A stretch of 64,000 nt of DNA from Octopus sinensis (taxonomy: Eukaryota): contig NC_043007.1 of assembly GCF_006345805.1 (NCBI RefSeq), positions 71,362,001 through 71,426,000 of the forward strand. The letters are read 5' to 3'. The notes under the pieces were generated by a model. It saw only the letters and a list, made by a program, of their open reading frames with translations, had not been told where the DNA came from and searched no databases. Positions 24,239 through 38,400 of the stretch are shown piece after piece (position 1 is the stretch's first letter; every line of letters begins with the position of its first letter). The position numbers and the translations under genes are program-made.

Positions 24239-25413
24239 CAGGGTACATAAGATATCTGGGGACAGATTTATGTTTGTAAAAAAATAACAGATAATAACTT
24301 TATTATCAAAAAATGCTATGAGGATGAAAATAAACCTTTTTTTCAATAATGTTATTCAATAAAGCCACCTTCAGTTACACTAGCTGATTCTATACAAAAT
24401 CAAAATCACCTACATGCTTGAATCAAGTGGTCCTGGTTCATTTTTGACATTACTCTATGACAGCTTTCAAAGAATCTTTGATGTTATGGGTGTATTCATT
24501 GACCTCTCTCAACAATGCACCACATGTAATAGTCCAATGGATTGAGATCTGGGGAATTAGGAGTCCAAATGATAGAGGTTTTGTGATCATGAAAATTTTC
24601 AGCCATCCTTTCCTGCATTACTTGAGCCTTGTGTGATGGTGCAAAGTCTTGCTAAAACACATGGCTTTCCATTGTGTCCACTGTCTATCCAGGGCTTAAC
24701 AACTGTTTCTAGGACCTCATGTAGGTGGCAGAATTAACTCTAAACCCTTGTGGAAAGAAGTAAGGAGGCATCACATGTTCTTCATTGCTGACAACCCCTA
24801 AAGTCATGACAGTTACAGCAAATTTCATAGGTATAACACATTTCTTTTGTTAACTTTCTGATCTTAGTTGAAGTTTTTCTCATCTGAGAAAAACCAAATC
24901 AGATCTTCTTCTGCTGGTTTTTTCAGTTGATATAAGAGCCTTTTAGATCTGGTGTAGCAATATTCTTTTTCTGACATAAATTGACCTTTTCTCATCATAT
25001 AAGAATTATATCTGATGTCTTCGTGGACAACATTTTTGATTGTTCCTTCTGACACATGGAGATCTTTGCAATAGACCTTATGGATTTTCTGAGGCTGTAA
25101 TCAACGGTCTGCTAACTTGGTGTTCTGATGATTTCAGAGTATTTAGAATGCTTTACACTTTGATATGTTTCCACCTTTGGTCTCTAAATCCTTATGAACT
25201 TTGTAGATGAAAGATCTGGTAATTTTTACAAATCAAGATATTTCTAAATCGCTATGCTCAGCCTTTATAGCTATGATAACAACATGCCTCTTCATTTCTT
25301 GAGTAAGGTAAGGGTCTGCTATTATTATTTTCTGAAACAAAGATTATATAGAGTTTGCAAAAAATGCAGCAATGCCCAAAAAGAGGGTATTGTCAAATAC
25401 CTTACGCAACCTG
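24239..25413 (-). mobile_element. Tc1/mariner element (DD37D/maT-like), decayed
   Basis: TA-flanked degenerate TIRs CAGGGTACATAAGATATCTG / CAGGTTGCGTAAGGTATTTG. Motifs FFSDEKNF and WTPNSPDLNPLDYYMW. Confidence 0.85.
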
Positions 25414-25761
25414 TATATATATATATATGAAAGTAATGTTTGTTGCACTGCAACATGGTTGTTCAATACAGAACTACATTATTACCATTTTGTAACCTCA
25501 GGAGGACATCTCTGACTGGTTAATAACACAACCTGTGTCTGATACATTGTGAGCAGGGGCACAACACCTACCATCTAGCAGTAAAAAAGACTAGTTTGCC
25601 AAGACTTCTGGAGTTAAAAAATGATAGCAATGTAATTCCATACAGAACAGCCATGTTCCAGTGGTAACAAAAAATTACTTTTCAGTATTGTTACTACTTT
25701 AACACTATGTGTGTGTGTATGTGTGTATATATATATATGTTTGTGTGTTTGTGTATGTGTA

Positions 25762-26900
25762 TCAGATTGAGTTAGAAGTTTTCTCATATTTCAAGCTTTA
25801 ATTAATAGTTCAATCAAAGTACTTAGGAAAAGCATTTATCCATCAAAATATATTCCATCATATTCTATTGTCTCTTGCCATCTTTGAACCAGAAACTCAA
25901 TTCCATACGTGTACAATTTCATTGGTTTGGAAATAAACCTCATCCACATTGTTGAACCTCCGTCCATCCAGGAAATGAGCTATGGCTCAGAAAAGGTGGT
26001 AATCTGATGGTGCAGAATCTGGACTGTAGACAGGGTAAAGTAGCACTTCCAGCCCCCCAAGTTCCTCAAGTCTGCTCTTGGTTACATTAGCAGCATGTGA
26101 TGAGGTTGTGTCATGCTGTAGGTGTGCATATCTTTGATTGCTCAATGCCAGGTAGAGGGCTTTCAAAGCATCATATACTTGTTGCAGTTGTTGGGCATAA
26201 AGGTTAGTGTTTACAGCATGATAATCTGGGACAAGCCCAAAATGTAACACCTGACTGAGATTCCACCAAAACATACAACAAGGCCTTCTGTTCAAATGAC
26301 CCTTGTTTGACAACTGGTTCTGAAGTGTTATCAGAGTGAAGCCACTGATTTTTCTTATTAAGATTATGAAAATAGATCCAATTTTCATCCCCATTGCATT
26401 TCAACACCAAAAACAGGCATCTTGAGGATTTATTAGCAGTTGTTTGCAAATTTTTACGTATCATTGAGCAGATCATTGGTCAGTTCACAAGAAGTATATT
26501 GATAGTGTCTATTCACAAGGCTGAGCTTATGGAGGTGTCAATTGATGGTGTTTTGTGAAGGAGCAAGTTCTATCAACAATGTATGAGTACTTGTGCTTGA
26601 CTGTCCACCCATTACAGACAAGGCCTCATCTTCCACAACAGAAGGTCGTCCTGACTGTGATTTGTTTTTGAAGCTGTTGTCATCTTTCTTGAAATATCTG
26701 AACCAGTTTTGTACCACATGTTTGTTGACACTTCTTGGGCCTTGCACATCATTAATTTCTTTTGCCACTGCCTATGCATTCAGTCCGTTTTTCACAGGTA
26801 GTGTAAAATGGCTCTCATTGCAATTTTTTTCACCACATATTATCAAAGCTGTAAAATAAAGAATAAACAATTATTGTTCACATTTTATATATGAGAATAA
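25762..26900 (-). mobile_element. Mariner (DD34D) transposon, decayed
   Basis: Fragments VQNWFRYFK...SGRP, GDENWIY, HD...SH and YSPDSAPSDYHLF. Left terminus TA-TCAGATTGAGTTAG; the right terminus is degenerate. Confidence 0.85.
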
Positions 26901-27039
26901 AGAATAAACAATTCAGCAATGAATGAACAGGTTGTATCAAATTAATGATATAACATGGAGATATGAGTTACCAGAAATTATGAATGAAAATCCAAAAGAA
27001 CTTTTGACTCAACCTGGTATATCTGTGTGTGTGTGTATC

Positions 27040-28990
27040 ATCATCATCATTGCTGTTACTAAATGTCCGTTTACCATGCTGGCATGGGTAGGATGGTTTG
27101 ATGGCAGCAGACAAGTCAGAAGACTATGGCATGCATTACTGTCTAGTTCTATGGATGGATACCCTTTGCATTTTACAGGGTGTTATGGGTGTTTTTAACA
27201 TGGTAACAACATCAGTGAGATCCCCAAGTAACTGGCAGGACAAGACCCATCAACTGGGGGTGAGGAGCAGTATTGAGGGACAGAAATGTGTCTTGCATTT
27301 GAAGAGACATGACTTCCTCAGATGGACAAAAGAGTGAGACAAGAAAAATGGTGAAAACGTGACAGAGAGGAGGCAGGGGTCATACAGCCAAGTTACAGGG
27401 TGATTTATGTAGTGAAGTGGACTGGGGATTGGAGAGAGAGGTGGGTGGGTGGAGTCACAAGATTTTGAAAGGAGAGTGGGAGCTAGAGATGAGAAGGAAG
27501 GGAAGAGACTTGACAGGGGTATATTGTGTAGATAGGTAGGTGGATACATGAAGGAGAAAGGATGGGAGAGGGGAAACTGGTGGTGAGCCTGGATGGGTTG
27601 TTGGGTAGGGAAAGGGTCACGGAAATAGATTTTACTTTGTTTGGCAAGTCTTTTCAAGTACAGCATATCACCAGTTGTCTCGGCCCTTTGTAATTTTGGT
27701 GAGGCTCAGCATCTGAAGATCATTTCACCACTTTGTACCACATCTTCCTGGTCTTCCTCTTCCACAAGTTCACTCCACAATTAGAGATTGGCACTTCTTC
27801 ATGCAGCTGTCCTCATCTATATGCATCACAGGACCATAACAGTTCAACTAGGAACTAAACTTTCAGAGCAACCTCTGCACTGCTAATTTGGTCACCTAGG
27901 CAATGAAAACTATCTTCTACCTCCAAGGGCTCCTGGATTTGAAGAAATTTATGTCTTTTACTTTCTTAGTGTTTATTGTATCAGTGTATCTAATACATCC
28001 AAAGAGTACTTTCTCTGTTAACCTTCCTCTGGCTTCATAGCTTGCACTGGTTTCACCAAGTAGAGTTTTATCTACAGTTTTTCTACATATTATATAGGAC
28101 TATTTCCTGAAAGGGATTAGTAATTTGTCTGCTTATAGTACTTTGATCTTTGCTAAATTAACTCCAAGGTCCATAAATTTCAGTCCTTGATTCCATTCCT
28201 GAAATTTCTCTTCTGACTCTAGTAGAGAATCAGCTATAAAGAACAATGTCATCAGCATAGAGGAGCTTCCATGGAAAACCAATCTTGAATTCCTCAGTTA
28301 TGTCCTGGAGGTCTGTGATGATAAATAAGTGGGGGCTGAGAACCGATCCTTGATGAATTCCTACCTACACACTAAATTTATCCCTGTACTCCGTGCTGAC
28401 TTTCACCTTACTGACAGTATCCAACATATGATGCAGACAGTTCTCACCAACCACTCATTTACCCCTAGCTTTTGCATCAACCACTATATGAGGGAGCAAG
28501 GGACCCTGCCAGTGACTAAGTGCTTCACCTGCAGTTGCCTTACTAGGTAGATAGTATCAATAATGCTTTTCCTTGGCATAAAGTCAAACCACATCTCATC
28601 TAGGTTAACTCCCTTCCTAATTAGTTGAGCTGTGATCCTTTTTGTAATATTCATAATCTGGACAGTAATTTGATACCTCTGTAACTACTTCTGTCTGAAG
28701 CATCACCTTTCTCTTTGTAGCACTTGACTATAATGCTGCAGTATCAGTAATTTGGTATGACCCTTCCCTGAACAACCTGGTTCACTATATTGGTGACTAG
28801 GCCATATCTTACTCTGCCAGATATTTTAAGCATTGCAGTGTAATTCCTGATGGGCCAGTACTTTCCCAGTTTTTATATCATTAATTGCTTTATCTATCAT
28901 ACTGCTGTCAGCTTGGATATCTGGTTACTCTGTTGGGTCTACATTAGATAGACTCCTCTTATGCATTACCTACATTTAATAGTCTTTCAT
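27040..28990 (-). mobile_element. 5'-truncated RTE-clade LINE, decayed
   Basis: RT remnants LRTGSVLSP, WKLLYADDIV and VEGTCGRGRPGKMW, with a (CAT)n 3' tail at ~27040. Confidence 0.85.
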
Positions 28991-29089
28991 AATGTTTCTA
29001 TTTATTAGATCAGTGACTGTGTGTCACTTTGAAAATTATATATATTTTCGAACAAAAATTTTGCAGCGCCACCTCTAGCCAAGCAGTTA

Positions 29090-29460
29090 TTCTGTGCCAA
29101 AGAACTGAAATAACTCTGAGAAATTAGCGGTTTTGACGTTGTTATAGAAAGAGATGCTGAGGCCAATGTTTTTAAAGAATCTTCTTAATCTTCTTTTAGT
29201 TTGTTCGATTGTCCGTTTACTAGAATTTTAGCTAGTGAACAGAGCGTCATCTCTGTACAGACCACCGGAGATGGTGGGAAATTGTTCATGGAGACCGTTA
29301 AGTAGGTAGAGTCCGACGAAATCAGTAACTTGGGCGGAGTCACTGGCTCTCATAGGAATGTCGAAATTGGGTGTATCTTTGTGGGCCCAGGATTTCCCAT
29401 CGAAAGATAAGATATTTCAGCGAGCTGCTGGTATCATATCAATATCTTTGAAGAGATAGA
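29090..29460 (-). mobile_element. Penelope-like reverse transcriptase fragment
   Basis: Frame ILSFDGKSWAHKDTPNFDIPMRASDSAQVTDFVGLYLL...GGLYRDDALF (PLE RT motifs 4-5). Not present in the ORF track. Confidence 0.8.
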
Positions 29461-29929
29461 TTGGAATATTCCTTGGCGAAAACTAGAGCCTTAAGCTTTT
29501 TCCTCATAAAACAATTAGCCGTGCTTATACTCCCCAACCTACCTTGCTTATTTATACATTCTTTCTTCCTCACGACCCAAAATATTTCCCCACCCTCTCC
29601 CCTCCAATTTCTCTTTTCTTCAAATACCAATCTCACAATTGAATTCTATGATTAACCTAAAACTTCCATATTATCTACCACCGGGTCGTCCAAATCCTCC
29701 TTTCTCTCCTCTATATTTTATTTTATTTATTTCTCCCCTCATTATATACTTCTCACATACTGTGCTGTCCACACATTCTGACTGAATCCTCTTACTTCAA
29801 CATGTACCTCTCTGCGACAATGTAGCCTTTGATATAATCAAGATATCTATGGGCTGGAGAGTAGTCGCCGGTATACACTTCACTTAGATTTTATTACTTC
29901 TGAAGTTCTACTCCATTCCGTAACTCTTG

Positions 29930-29975
<46 letters not shown>

Positions 29976-30029
29976 TATAACACATATGTATGTATGTATG
30001 TGTGTGTGTATAAGTTTATGCGTCTGTGT

Positions 30030-30215
30030 TTATCGCCCTAACATCACTTGACAACCGATGGTGATGTGTTTACGTCACCATAACATTAGCGGTTCGGCAA
30101 AAGAGACCAATTGAATAAGTACTAAGCTTACAAAGAATAAGTCCTGGGATCGATTTGTTCCACTAAAAGTGGTGCTCCAGCATGGCTGCAGTCAAATGAC
30201 TGAAACAAGTAAAAG
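30030..30215 (+). mobile_element. 3' half of SINE family A
   Basis: cacttgacaaccgatgg...gcggttcggcaaaagagacc...gctccagcatggctgcagtcaaatgactgaaac. Confidence 0.75.
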
Positions 30216-30315
30216 AATAAAAAAATATATATTTATATGAAGATATTATTGTTTATAATAATATCAGTGGCTTGGCATGCGTAAAAAAAACCCATGACTG
30301 TAAAAAAAATTAGCG

Positions 30316-30513
30316 ATTAATAATTAAGGGTACTAACAAGCAGTACCGGCAAGCTAAATGTAGCAGTCAAAATGACCAAACCACAAATTTTCACTTCAGT
30401 ACAAAGGTGAAGGCGAGCAAATGAATAAAAATCCTAAAACCCCGGTGTTTTGGTCATTTTGACTGCTATATTTAGCATACCGGTACTCTTTGTTAGTACT
30501 CTTAATTATTAAT
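30316..30513. mobile_element. MITE/foldback element with ~65-bp TIRs
   Basis: Arms at 30316-30380 and 30448-30513 (attaataattaagggtactaac...aatgaccaaa), roughly 85-90% complementary. Confidence 0.8.
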
Positions 30514-30532
30514 GTGTGTGTGTGTGTGTGTG

Positions 30533-30608
<76 letters not shown>

Positions 30609-30651
30609 TGCCCCAGCATGGCTACAGCTCGTGAGCTGAAACTAGAATCAA

Positions 30652-31257
30652 TCAATATACATTATATAAAATCCGTTCTGTCTGTCTGTGTGTGTGTGTC
30701 TTCCAGGATCTCGGGCATCCTCCATCCGATTGTGCTCAAATTTGATATGTAGATACCGACGGTATCAGGGCGTGTATAAGTCTTGGAAAATTACAAAAAT
30801 CAATTCCAGGTGAGAATGCGATCGATAAAGCCGTGAGAACGTGCATTTGTAAAATCGTTTTTCTTGAAATAGAAAAAAATCTATCTTTATTTCTTCTTTT
30901 GCTGGTGTCTCAAATTTAGGTTAAATCAGTGTTTCTCTAGTAGAGAATCAGCTATAAAGAACAATGTCATCAGCATAGAGGAGCTTCCATGGAAAACCAA
31001 TCTTGAATTCCTCAGCATGTGATGAGGTTGTGTCATGCTGTAGGTGTGCATGTCTTTGATTGCTCAATGCCAGGTAGAGGGCTTTCAAAGCATCATATAC
31101 TTGTTGCAGTTGTTGGGCATAAAGGTTAGTGTTTACAGCATGATAATCTGGGACAAGCCCATGCGATATGGGACGGTCGGGCAAGTTGTTTTGAGAAAAT
31201 TTGGTTTAAATATTTGACAGCTCAGTACCGTCCATTGGACGGGAGTTGTTTTGCTCG
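30652..31257 (+). mobile_element. Non-autonomous Helitron carrying a templated insertion (30935-31161)
   Basis: A|TC 5' end; hairpin CCGTCCA-T-TGGACGG (31228-31242) followed by CTCG|T (CTAG variant). Confidence 0.7.
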
Positions 31258-31277
31258 TATATATATATATATATATA

Positions 31278-33480
31278 CTAGCAGCTAAGCCAGCCGGTCT
31301 GTTTGGATGATGTAGCCGTGATCGTTTTCAGTTAGGCATTATCTATAACAGAGTTTCTCAACCTTATCATTTCGGGTCCCCTGTTTTGGTTGGAGCCTCC
31401 TGCTGTTTTAAAAATTCCCTACCCCCTTGTCAGAAAACAGCTTCAGGAGTTGTGAAAAACGAATTTGTACGTGGTCTGTTTCTGAGAGCTATTCTATTGG
31501 ACTCTGTCTAATCATTAAGACATTGGGCGATCTTTTGATATGGGAACACACGACAAATCACTTACAAACCACCTCTGTCTAATTATTAAAACATTTATTT
31601 AACTATGAACATAGAAAGAAATTATACATTAACCCCTATTTTTGTAAGCAGTTGTATCCGTAAAAATTTATTTGCAGAGAGCAAAAATTTAAAGAAGCTA
31701 TGTGAAATGGACGTGTGTGTGTGTGTGCGTGCGTGCTTGTGTGTGTGTATGTAAGAGAGAGAAAGAGGGTGAGATAGAGCAAGTGAGTGAAGGTGTGTGT
31801 CATTGAGTTACGTTGGCTGGCATGGCGAAGACGAAGCTTTTGAGGCGGCAGACTGGGATGATTTGAAAGATGTGAAGAAATGCCGTCTTTTCAGTGGAGC
31901 GCTTCTTTGTAGGCAACGTTTCTCTTTTTCCCTTCTGATGTACAAAGTATAGACTTTGTGGTCTGCCAACACGAGAGCATCCAACGTAAAGTTGACCGTG
32001 GGAGAACACTTGCTCTGTGAGATTTAAACCAATCATTTGCAATGATTGACTCTGTGCCTTATTTATTGACATTGCAAAGCAGAGTTTGATAGGAAATTGG
32101 AGCCGCTTAAACTTGTAGATCGTATCGGAGGGAGTGACGGACATTGGAGTTATAAGAACATCTTGACCAGCAGCTGGTCCATTCAAGATAGTTGCCTGCA
32201 GAACTCGGGAGTATAATTTTTTGATTATCATCCGCGTGCCGTTACACATTATTGGAGCATCGAAATTCCGCAGCAGCATGATGGGCGCGCCAACTTTAAG
32301 ATGGAGTTCGTGAGGCGGAAGTCCTGCGTGCGTTTAGGAATTAAGGAATTCTGTTGTGAAAACGGTCGTATCATCCGGGTTTTCATGCATGCCAATGGTT
32401 TTGAAGGGAGAGTTTTTCTGCAGGAAGCATATCGAGAAGTTTATTATTGATAGCGTCGACTGTTTTATTGTCAGGCACCAAAATTACTCTTCCTTGTAGG
32501 TAAGTTGTGTCAAGGCTTTGGTATGCAATGTCAGAAAAAACTGAAGAAATCAAATCATCCACGGTAGGCACAAAGTTGCCAGATAGTAAATGGATGGAAC
32601 CATCAGTATCACTAGCTGCAGTTCCATCAGTATCACTAGCTGCAGTTCCAACGTCGAGAATGTAGCCGCGTTTTCGTCGCCATGCACGTGAACTTTCATG
32701 TTCGTAGTCAGGTGAAGTTTCTCGGTGTGGTGCCATTAGTAGGATGATTTTATGGAAGCATTTACCTCGTCAGCTCTTGTCCCCCATGGAATGACTGGTA
32801 GAGTTTGTCAGAAGTCGCCAGCAAGCAGAACAGTCACTCAACCCATCACTCTCATATTGCGTCTTAGGTCTTGAAGAGACCGATCGAGCGCCTCAAAAGC
32901 CGCCTTATGATACATGGTTGCCTCATACCAAATGATAAGGCTGCACTCAGTGAGATTCCCCATGGCTGAGTCACGACTAACATTGCAAGTTGGATTTTCC
33001 TGTTTGGTCAAGTCTAGTGGTAATTTGAAGGCTGAGTGTGCCGTACGACAGCCATGCAGTAGAGTTGCCGCAATGCCGCTTGATGCAACCGCTATGGCAA
33101 TCTGATTTTCCTGGCGAATTGTGGCGAGCAGGAGGTTCATGAGAAAAGTTTTTCCGGTTCCGCCGGGAGCATCCAAGAAAGCAGAAATTGAAAGAAGGTA
33201 TATGAAATGGACATGCGTGTGTATGTGTGTGTGTTTTCCGCTAATTTGGCGGGATTTTTGCAGTCAGCACGAGGTGGTTTGTGTTTATCTCTCGAGTCAA
33301 ATTGTTGTTAATTTGTCTGTAATAGCAATGCCCGGACAAGTGAAAATATCTTCGCAAAAAACAGCTTCAGGAGTTCTGATGAAAGAATTTTTACGTAGTC
33401 TGTTTCTGAGAACTATTCTATTGGACCTCTGTCTAATAACGTCTTTTAAGGTATACACACATACATAGAAAATGTAAGGT
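31278..33480 (-). mobile_element. Helitron with fragmented PIF1-like helicase
   Basis: DAPGGTGKTF...VASSGIAATLL..GRTAHS-like, IIW(D)EA, LCNGTR-like and RLQFPIKLCFAMSINKAQ...HGQLYVGCSRV motifs. 3' CTAG-T at 31281-31277. Confidence 0.92.
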
Positions 33481-34184
33481 CATGTTAGAACATTTTTACG
33501 ATAGTTGATTTATGGAAAAAGATTATGTGAAATTTTTGAAATGCAAATCTGTGAATGAAAATCAAGTTCAGACGTCTACATGGTAGGTAGATCTGGTAGA
33601 AATAGCAGCAAAATCTCCCTCAAAACACCTTACTGTATTAATCTGACAATTCTGCGTATTATGTAGTTTGAATGAGAAACTGTAACTAAAGATGAAGATA
33701 GTTAACCCCACAAAGAGGTGAAAGAAGAGAGACAGCATAAGGAAAGTTTGGGCTGACTGTCACCCTATAGGCTGTGTGAGCAACTGGTTGTTTTAATGGG
33801 GAAACAAAGAGGGAATTTCATGAGAAGTTTTAATCGATCTTGGTAAGTATGGGTGCTAGGAAAAAAATAAAAGAGGCATTAAGAAGTTGACGTTAAGAAT
33901 TGCTTTAACAGTTAGAAAATGTTTAACATTTCAGTCATCACCAAAAAATGAAGTTGTAAGAATTTACAGGCAAATTGTATGTAAGAAGTAAAGCAGAAAT
34001 GATTTTTAACTGTACTGCTAAAGTTCTGCAACTTAATAGCAGACATATCCAATTTAAGAAAAGTGAAGATAAAAGCTAAGTGGAGAAGTATAGAAGTCAT
34101 TGTTATACGCTTACAGAAAAAATAGACACTTTAGAGAAGAAAATGTAGCTGAGAACTATTGTATAGGACATCTGTGTAATCAGA

Positions 34185-34477
34185 GAGCAGAAATTGAAAG
34201 AAGATATATGAAATGGACGTGTGTGTGTTTTTCCGGCTAATTTGGCGGGATTTTTGCAGTTAGCACGGGGTGGTTTGTGTTTATCTCTTGAGTCGAATTG
34301 TTGTTAATTTGTCTGTAATAGCAATGCCCGGACAAGTGAAAATATCTTGTTTTTTACTCCTTCACCTTTTGAAGTCGGCGTGAAAGCGAAAGAGACAGAG
34401 AGAGCACGATTGTATGAGTGAAGTTCTTTTGAAGTTGGCGTGAAGCGGAAGAATTTATGTGCGTGTGTGTGTGTGTG

Positions 34478-34516
<39 letters not shown>

Positions 34517-34850
34517 CGTGTGTGTATGCTTGATGGGGTATGCGATATGGCCGAGAGGGTTAACTGAAATTTTGTTATTCACTTATTGTAGTGAGTAAAT
34601 GTGTGAGTGACAGAGAAAAGGAGAGAGGTTATGTATGTTGGCGGGGGAATTCCATTGGAAAAGTTTTAATCGATTTTCTCGGTAACTATGGGGGCTAAGA
34701 AAAAATACAAACTGCATTCCAATCTATGCACCCGTCTCCACATATGTGCCATTTTTCACACGAGTCCACCTAGCTGTTTGACTGTGAACCTCAAGACAAG
34801 AAAGAATACAACGGGCACCCATGTCCAATTCATATTATATATATATATAC
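34185..34850 (-). mobile_element. Helitron 5'/subterminal remnant; 34185-34350 duplicates 33181-33350
   Basis: ~170-bp direct repeat gcagaaattgaaagaag...ggacaagtgaaaatatctt, ending ...ccaatttcatattatatatata. Confidence 0.6.
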
Positions 34851-35479
34851 ATACATAAATATAGTTTATAGATTAGGGACTGATATTCTCTGTGTAGAAT
34901 ACACTTCGTAGTGCTCAAGAGATTTAAACCTGAGTAGGTAGAAGAGTAAATGTAAGGATACGCAAGTTAGGCAAGTCGATATATAAAAGAAAATTACATA
35001 CGTGTAATACAAAAAATGTACATAAAAAGGCCCGATTTGCACAGAACAGAAATGTTATCAAGAATCAAAGAGGTTGAACAAATGTTTTACGAATCCAACA
35101 GCTGTTTCTAGGGACTTGGTGGTCCAAAATAATGATTACAAATTTATTACATCATCAGATAACACCAGCCTCCATCTTCAGGGAAGAACTTTTGCATTTG
35201 AGGTGTTGACAGAATGGAGATTGTCCATAAACGCTGGTGTATCTAGTGTAAGCTATGGACACACAAGAGGTGCAGCGGATTAATAGGAAGGTCATCTGAG
35301 ATGGTAGTTGTCGTATATGGAAGATGTAGAGGCTTCATAAAAACTACGAAGACATATGCGCAAACTCAAAACAAAACAAAAAAAGAACAGAACAAGCAAC
35401 ACAAGAACAACTTTAACTCATACTCAAGCCAGTACGGAACGTAAAGACCTATGTAACAAAGAAAAACGTTTCGGCATTG

Positions 35480-38400
35480 CGGATGTGTGTTTCGCAACGA
35501 AGCAAGAAGCAAGACGCCGTTCCACAGTGCCACTAAAAGTGAAGATATACTTGTGCCGACGTACTTTGGTCGGCGTGTAACAAAAATAACAATTGGGGAA
35601 ATGAATATATGCTGGCTGGTGACGATAGTCCTCCTAGACATAGAGGACACCGCCACAATACTGGAGGTACACAAGTTGCACTAACAAAATTGGCCGGGTC
35701 AGGGGGTGGAGCTCTTAATCCAAGTGGAACAAGAGAGCATAGAGCTTATCCCCGACTCGTTCAGTCCGGCGAGGTGACACAAGACTATACATGACCGTAG
35801 AGGGCAGGAGGCCGAGGTGTTACCTCTGTGGTGATAAGAACCACCTCAAGGTCTCTTCCCCAGAAAGATAGGGGAGGAACGGCCAGCACTACTACCAACA
35901 CAAGTGTCAGTGTCACCTCCAGCGCAACAACAGCAACAGTAGGTGCAGCAGCAGCAGAGACCAGCGGTCGATGCACCAAGGGCAGCTCTGGCACCATCAC
36001 CACCACCAGCAGCAGCAATAGCGATACTGCCTCCAGCCGTCACTGAGTTTTCAATACCAAAAACCAGGGGAACCACCAGCAACAAATGACCCCCCTACAC
36101 ACACACACAAGTTGAGGACCCACAAAACAACACCACTTTCACCAGCACTACCACCTCAAACACATACAAAAACACAAATTACTCCACACAGACTCCACAA
36201 GCACTACCAGCCTCACTGCCTTAAACACAGACAATATATATTGTTACACACTTAAAGAACAACACAGACACCACAATGGAAGATTTTGTCTTCCCAACAC
36301 AATGCACCACTACAACACATACAAATTCTAAAAACTACACAGCACACATGCAACATTAAAAACAAATTTTCCTGAGGCTGTTAGGTCGTTTCCAAAAACT
36401 TTTTCGAAAAGACTCTACAAAATCCTTCTCGTGGAAACACCCACACCAAGGAACAAGGGGGTCGGTCACTTCACCGAACAACAGCAGTAAGTAGCGCTCA
36501 CCTCCATTAATATTTTTCAGCATGGTCGTGCTCAAAATTGGTTGCATATATGCCTGGGAAACAAGGTCACCTTTTAAACGACCTGAGGTCTCTTAGTGTA
36601 GACGTAGCAGCCATTAGTGAAACCAGACTTTCTGCCCGCTTGCCTTCATGTCCCTCTTAGCTGGATACGAGATCTACCTATCTCCGTGTCTCAGTGCCTT
36701 CAGACTAGTGGTTGCCTATGCTCCGACAGGAGCAGGGCGACCGGATTACTTCAAGTGTCTGGAGGTTTTCCTGGGAACGTCTCGAACTTTAGTGTTAGTA
36801 GGGGATTGGAACACTGTCTTAGGTGGACGTTTGGATTGCGTGTATTTATCTGATAAGAGAAGCGGGTGCACAAGCCTCAAAAACCTGCTCAGACGTTTTC
36901 AGCTGTCTGATAGCTACCGACTAGGCTACCTGAATGTGCCAATGTGGACCTAGACAAATCGCATCGGGTCATCTAGATCGTATTTAGATAGAGTTTTCTG
37001 TAGGCCAAAGGATAAGGATAGTATAGGTTGTCCACATTTTCACATGATCGGTTACGCAGATCACAAATTCGTGATCTGTACGGTCAGCCTAGATAGGCTT
37101 CGTAGACAGGACCCCAGTTACTGGAAGCTGAACACGTCGTTAGCGGCGTGCCAAGCTTACAGAGACCGGATTAGCGTTGACGGATCAATCATCAACAACA
37201 ACTGGTGGTTTTCTCTTAAAAGAGCAATTATAGTAGAATCCATTAAGATTAGTGAAGCTTTAGCGGTAGAAATAGAATAGAGGGAGATTTAGTTAGAAAG
37301 TTAGATGAGTCACTTAGGAAAGGCATCGCAACCGACATGTTGGCAGCGAGGTTGGCCCTCAACCAATTTTTCGACATCAAACACGAAGGCTGTGTTGTTA
37401 GAGTTAAGCGGGGACGGAATGAAAGCCGCTCGACGGGCCCGAGTGGCGGAGGCAAAACGTGGCAACAAAGTCACCATTCGATCTTTGGTGGACTAGAACG
37501 GGTGCGAGATGTCTGAACCGAAGCAGATCTGTGCGGCCTTTCAGCTGCATTTTGCTCGACTGTTCGGGGCGAGTGGTGGGACAGCCTGGACAGCCTGCCG
37601 CGACTCTCGAAGAGCGAGGCGGAGTGCTGCGAAAATCCGATAACAGCTGCGAAAATATAGGAAGCGATGAAGGTCCGCGTAAAAAGCAGATCGCCGGGTT
37701 TGGATGGTCTGCCCTACGAACTTTATATTTCTATGTCAGACTTGTTTGCGGGCTTCTTAGCAGACGTCTACTGCAACTGGCAACAGAATAGGAGAATTTC
37801 CATTTTTGTTTGTCGAGTGGCATGATAGGGGGGCATGATAGAGAAGTTCAGGTCCATCACTCCGCTTGATGCAGAGTTGAAGATTTTGGCCAAGGTGTTA
37901 GCCAAGAGGTTGGCACTTGTCGTGGACAAGCTGATTGGCGATTCGACAAAATGCGCCATTCTAACTAGGACTATTCAAGACGACCTTCCACCTCATACGC
38001 CACATCATAGAGAGGATGAATAACAAAACTGGTATGGGAGGGGCTCTGATCAATTTAGATCAATCTAAAGCCTTCGATAGGATCGACCATCAATACTTGG
38101 CAGCTGTTCTCGCGGCAGCCGGTTTCAGTCCAGTTTTCCGCAGTTGGATCGCTGCTTTGTACAGCGGTATCTGCTCAGTAGTTCGAGTGAGTGGTCACCT
38201 GTCAGAACCACTGAGCATCTTGCACTCGGCCCGTCAAAGGTGCCCTCTCTCCTCCTTTCTGTATGTACTGACTCTTGAGTCACTTCTGCGGAAGCTGGAG
38301 ACATTGAGGGCGTCCCGCATGATCTAGAAAGTGGGAGAAGCGTGTCTGCTTATGCCGATAATGTCACTATCGAGTCACAGGCACATAAACCTGATTAGCG

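Noticed and set aside
35609-36085. Thr/Ser/Ala-rich ORFs as a mucin-like host gene
   Set aside because: They lie in the ORF1 position immediately 5' of the Tx1/L1 endonuclease-RT and are part of that decayed LINE.
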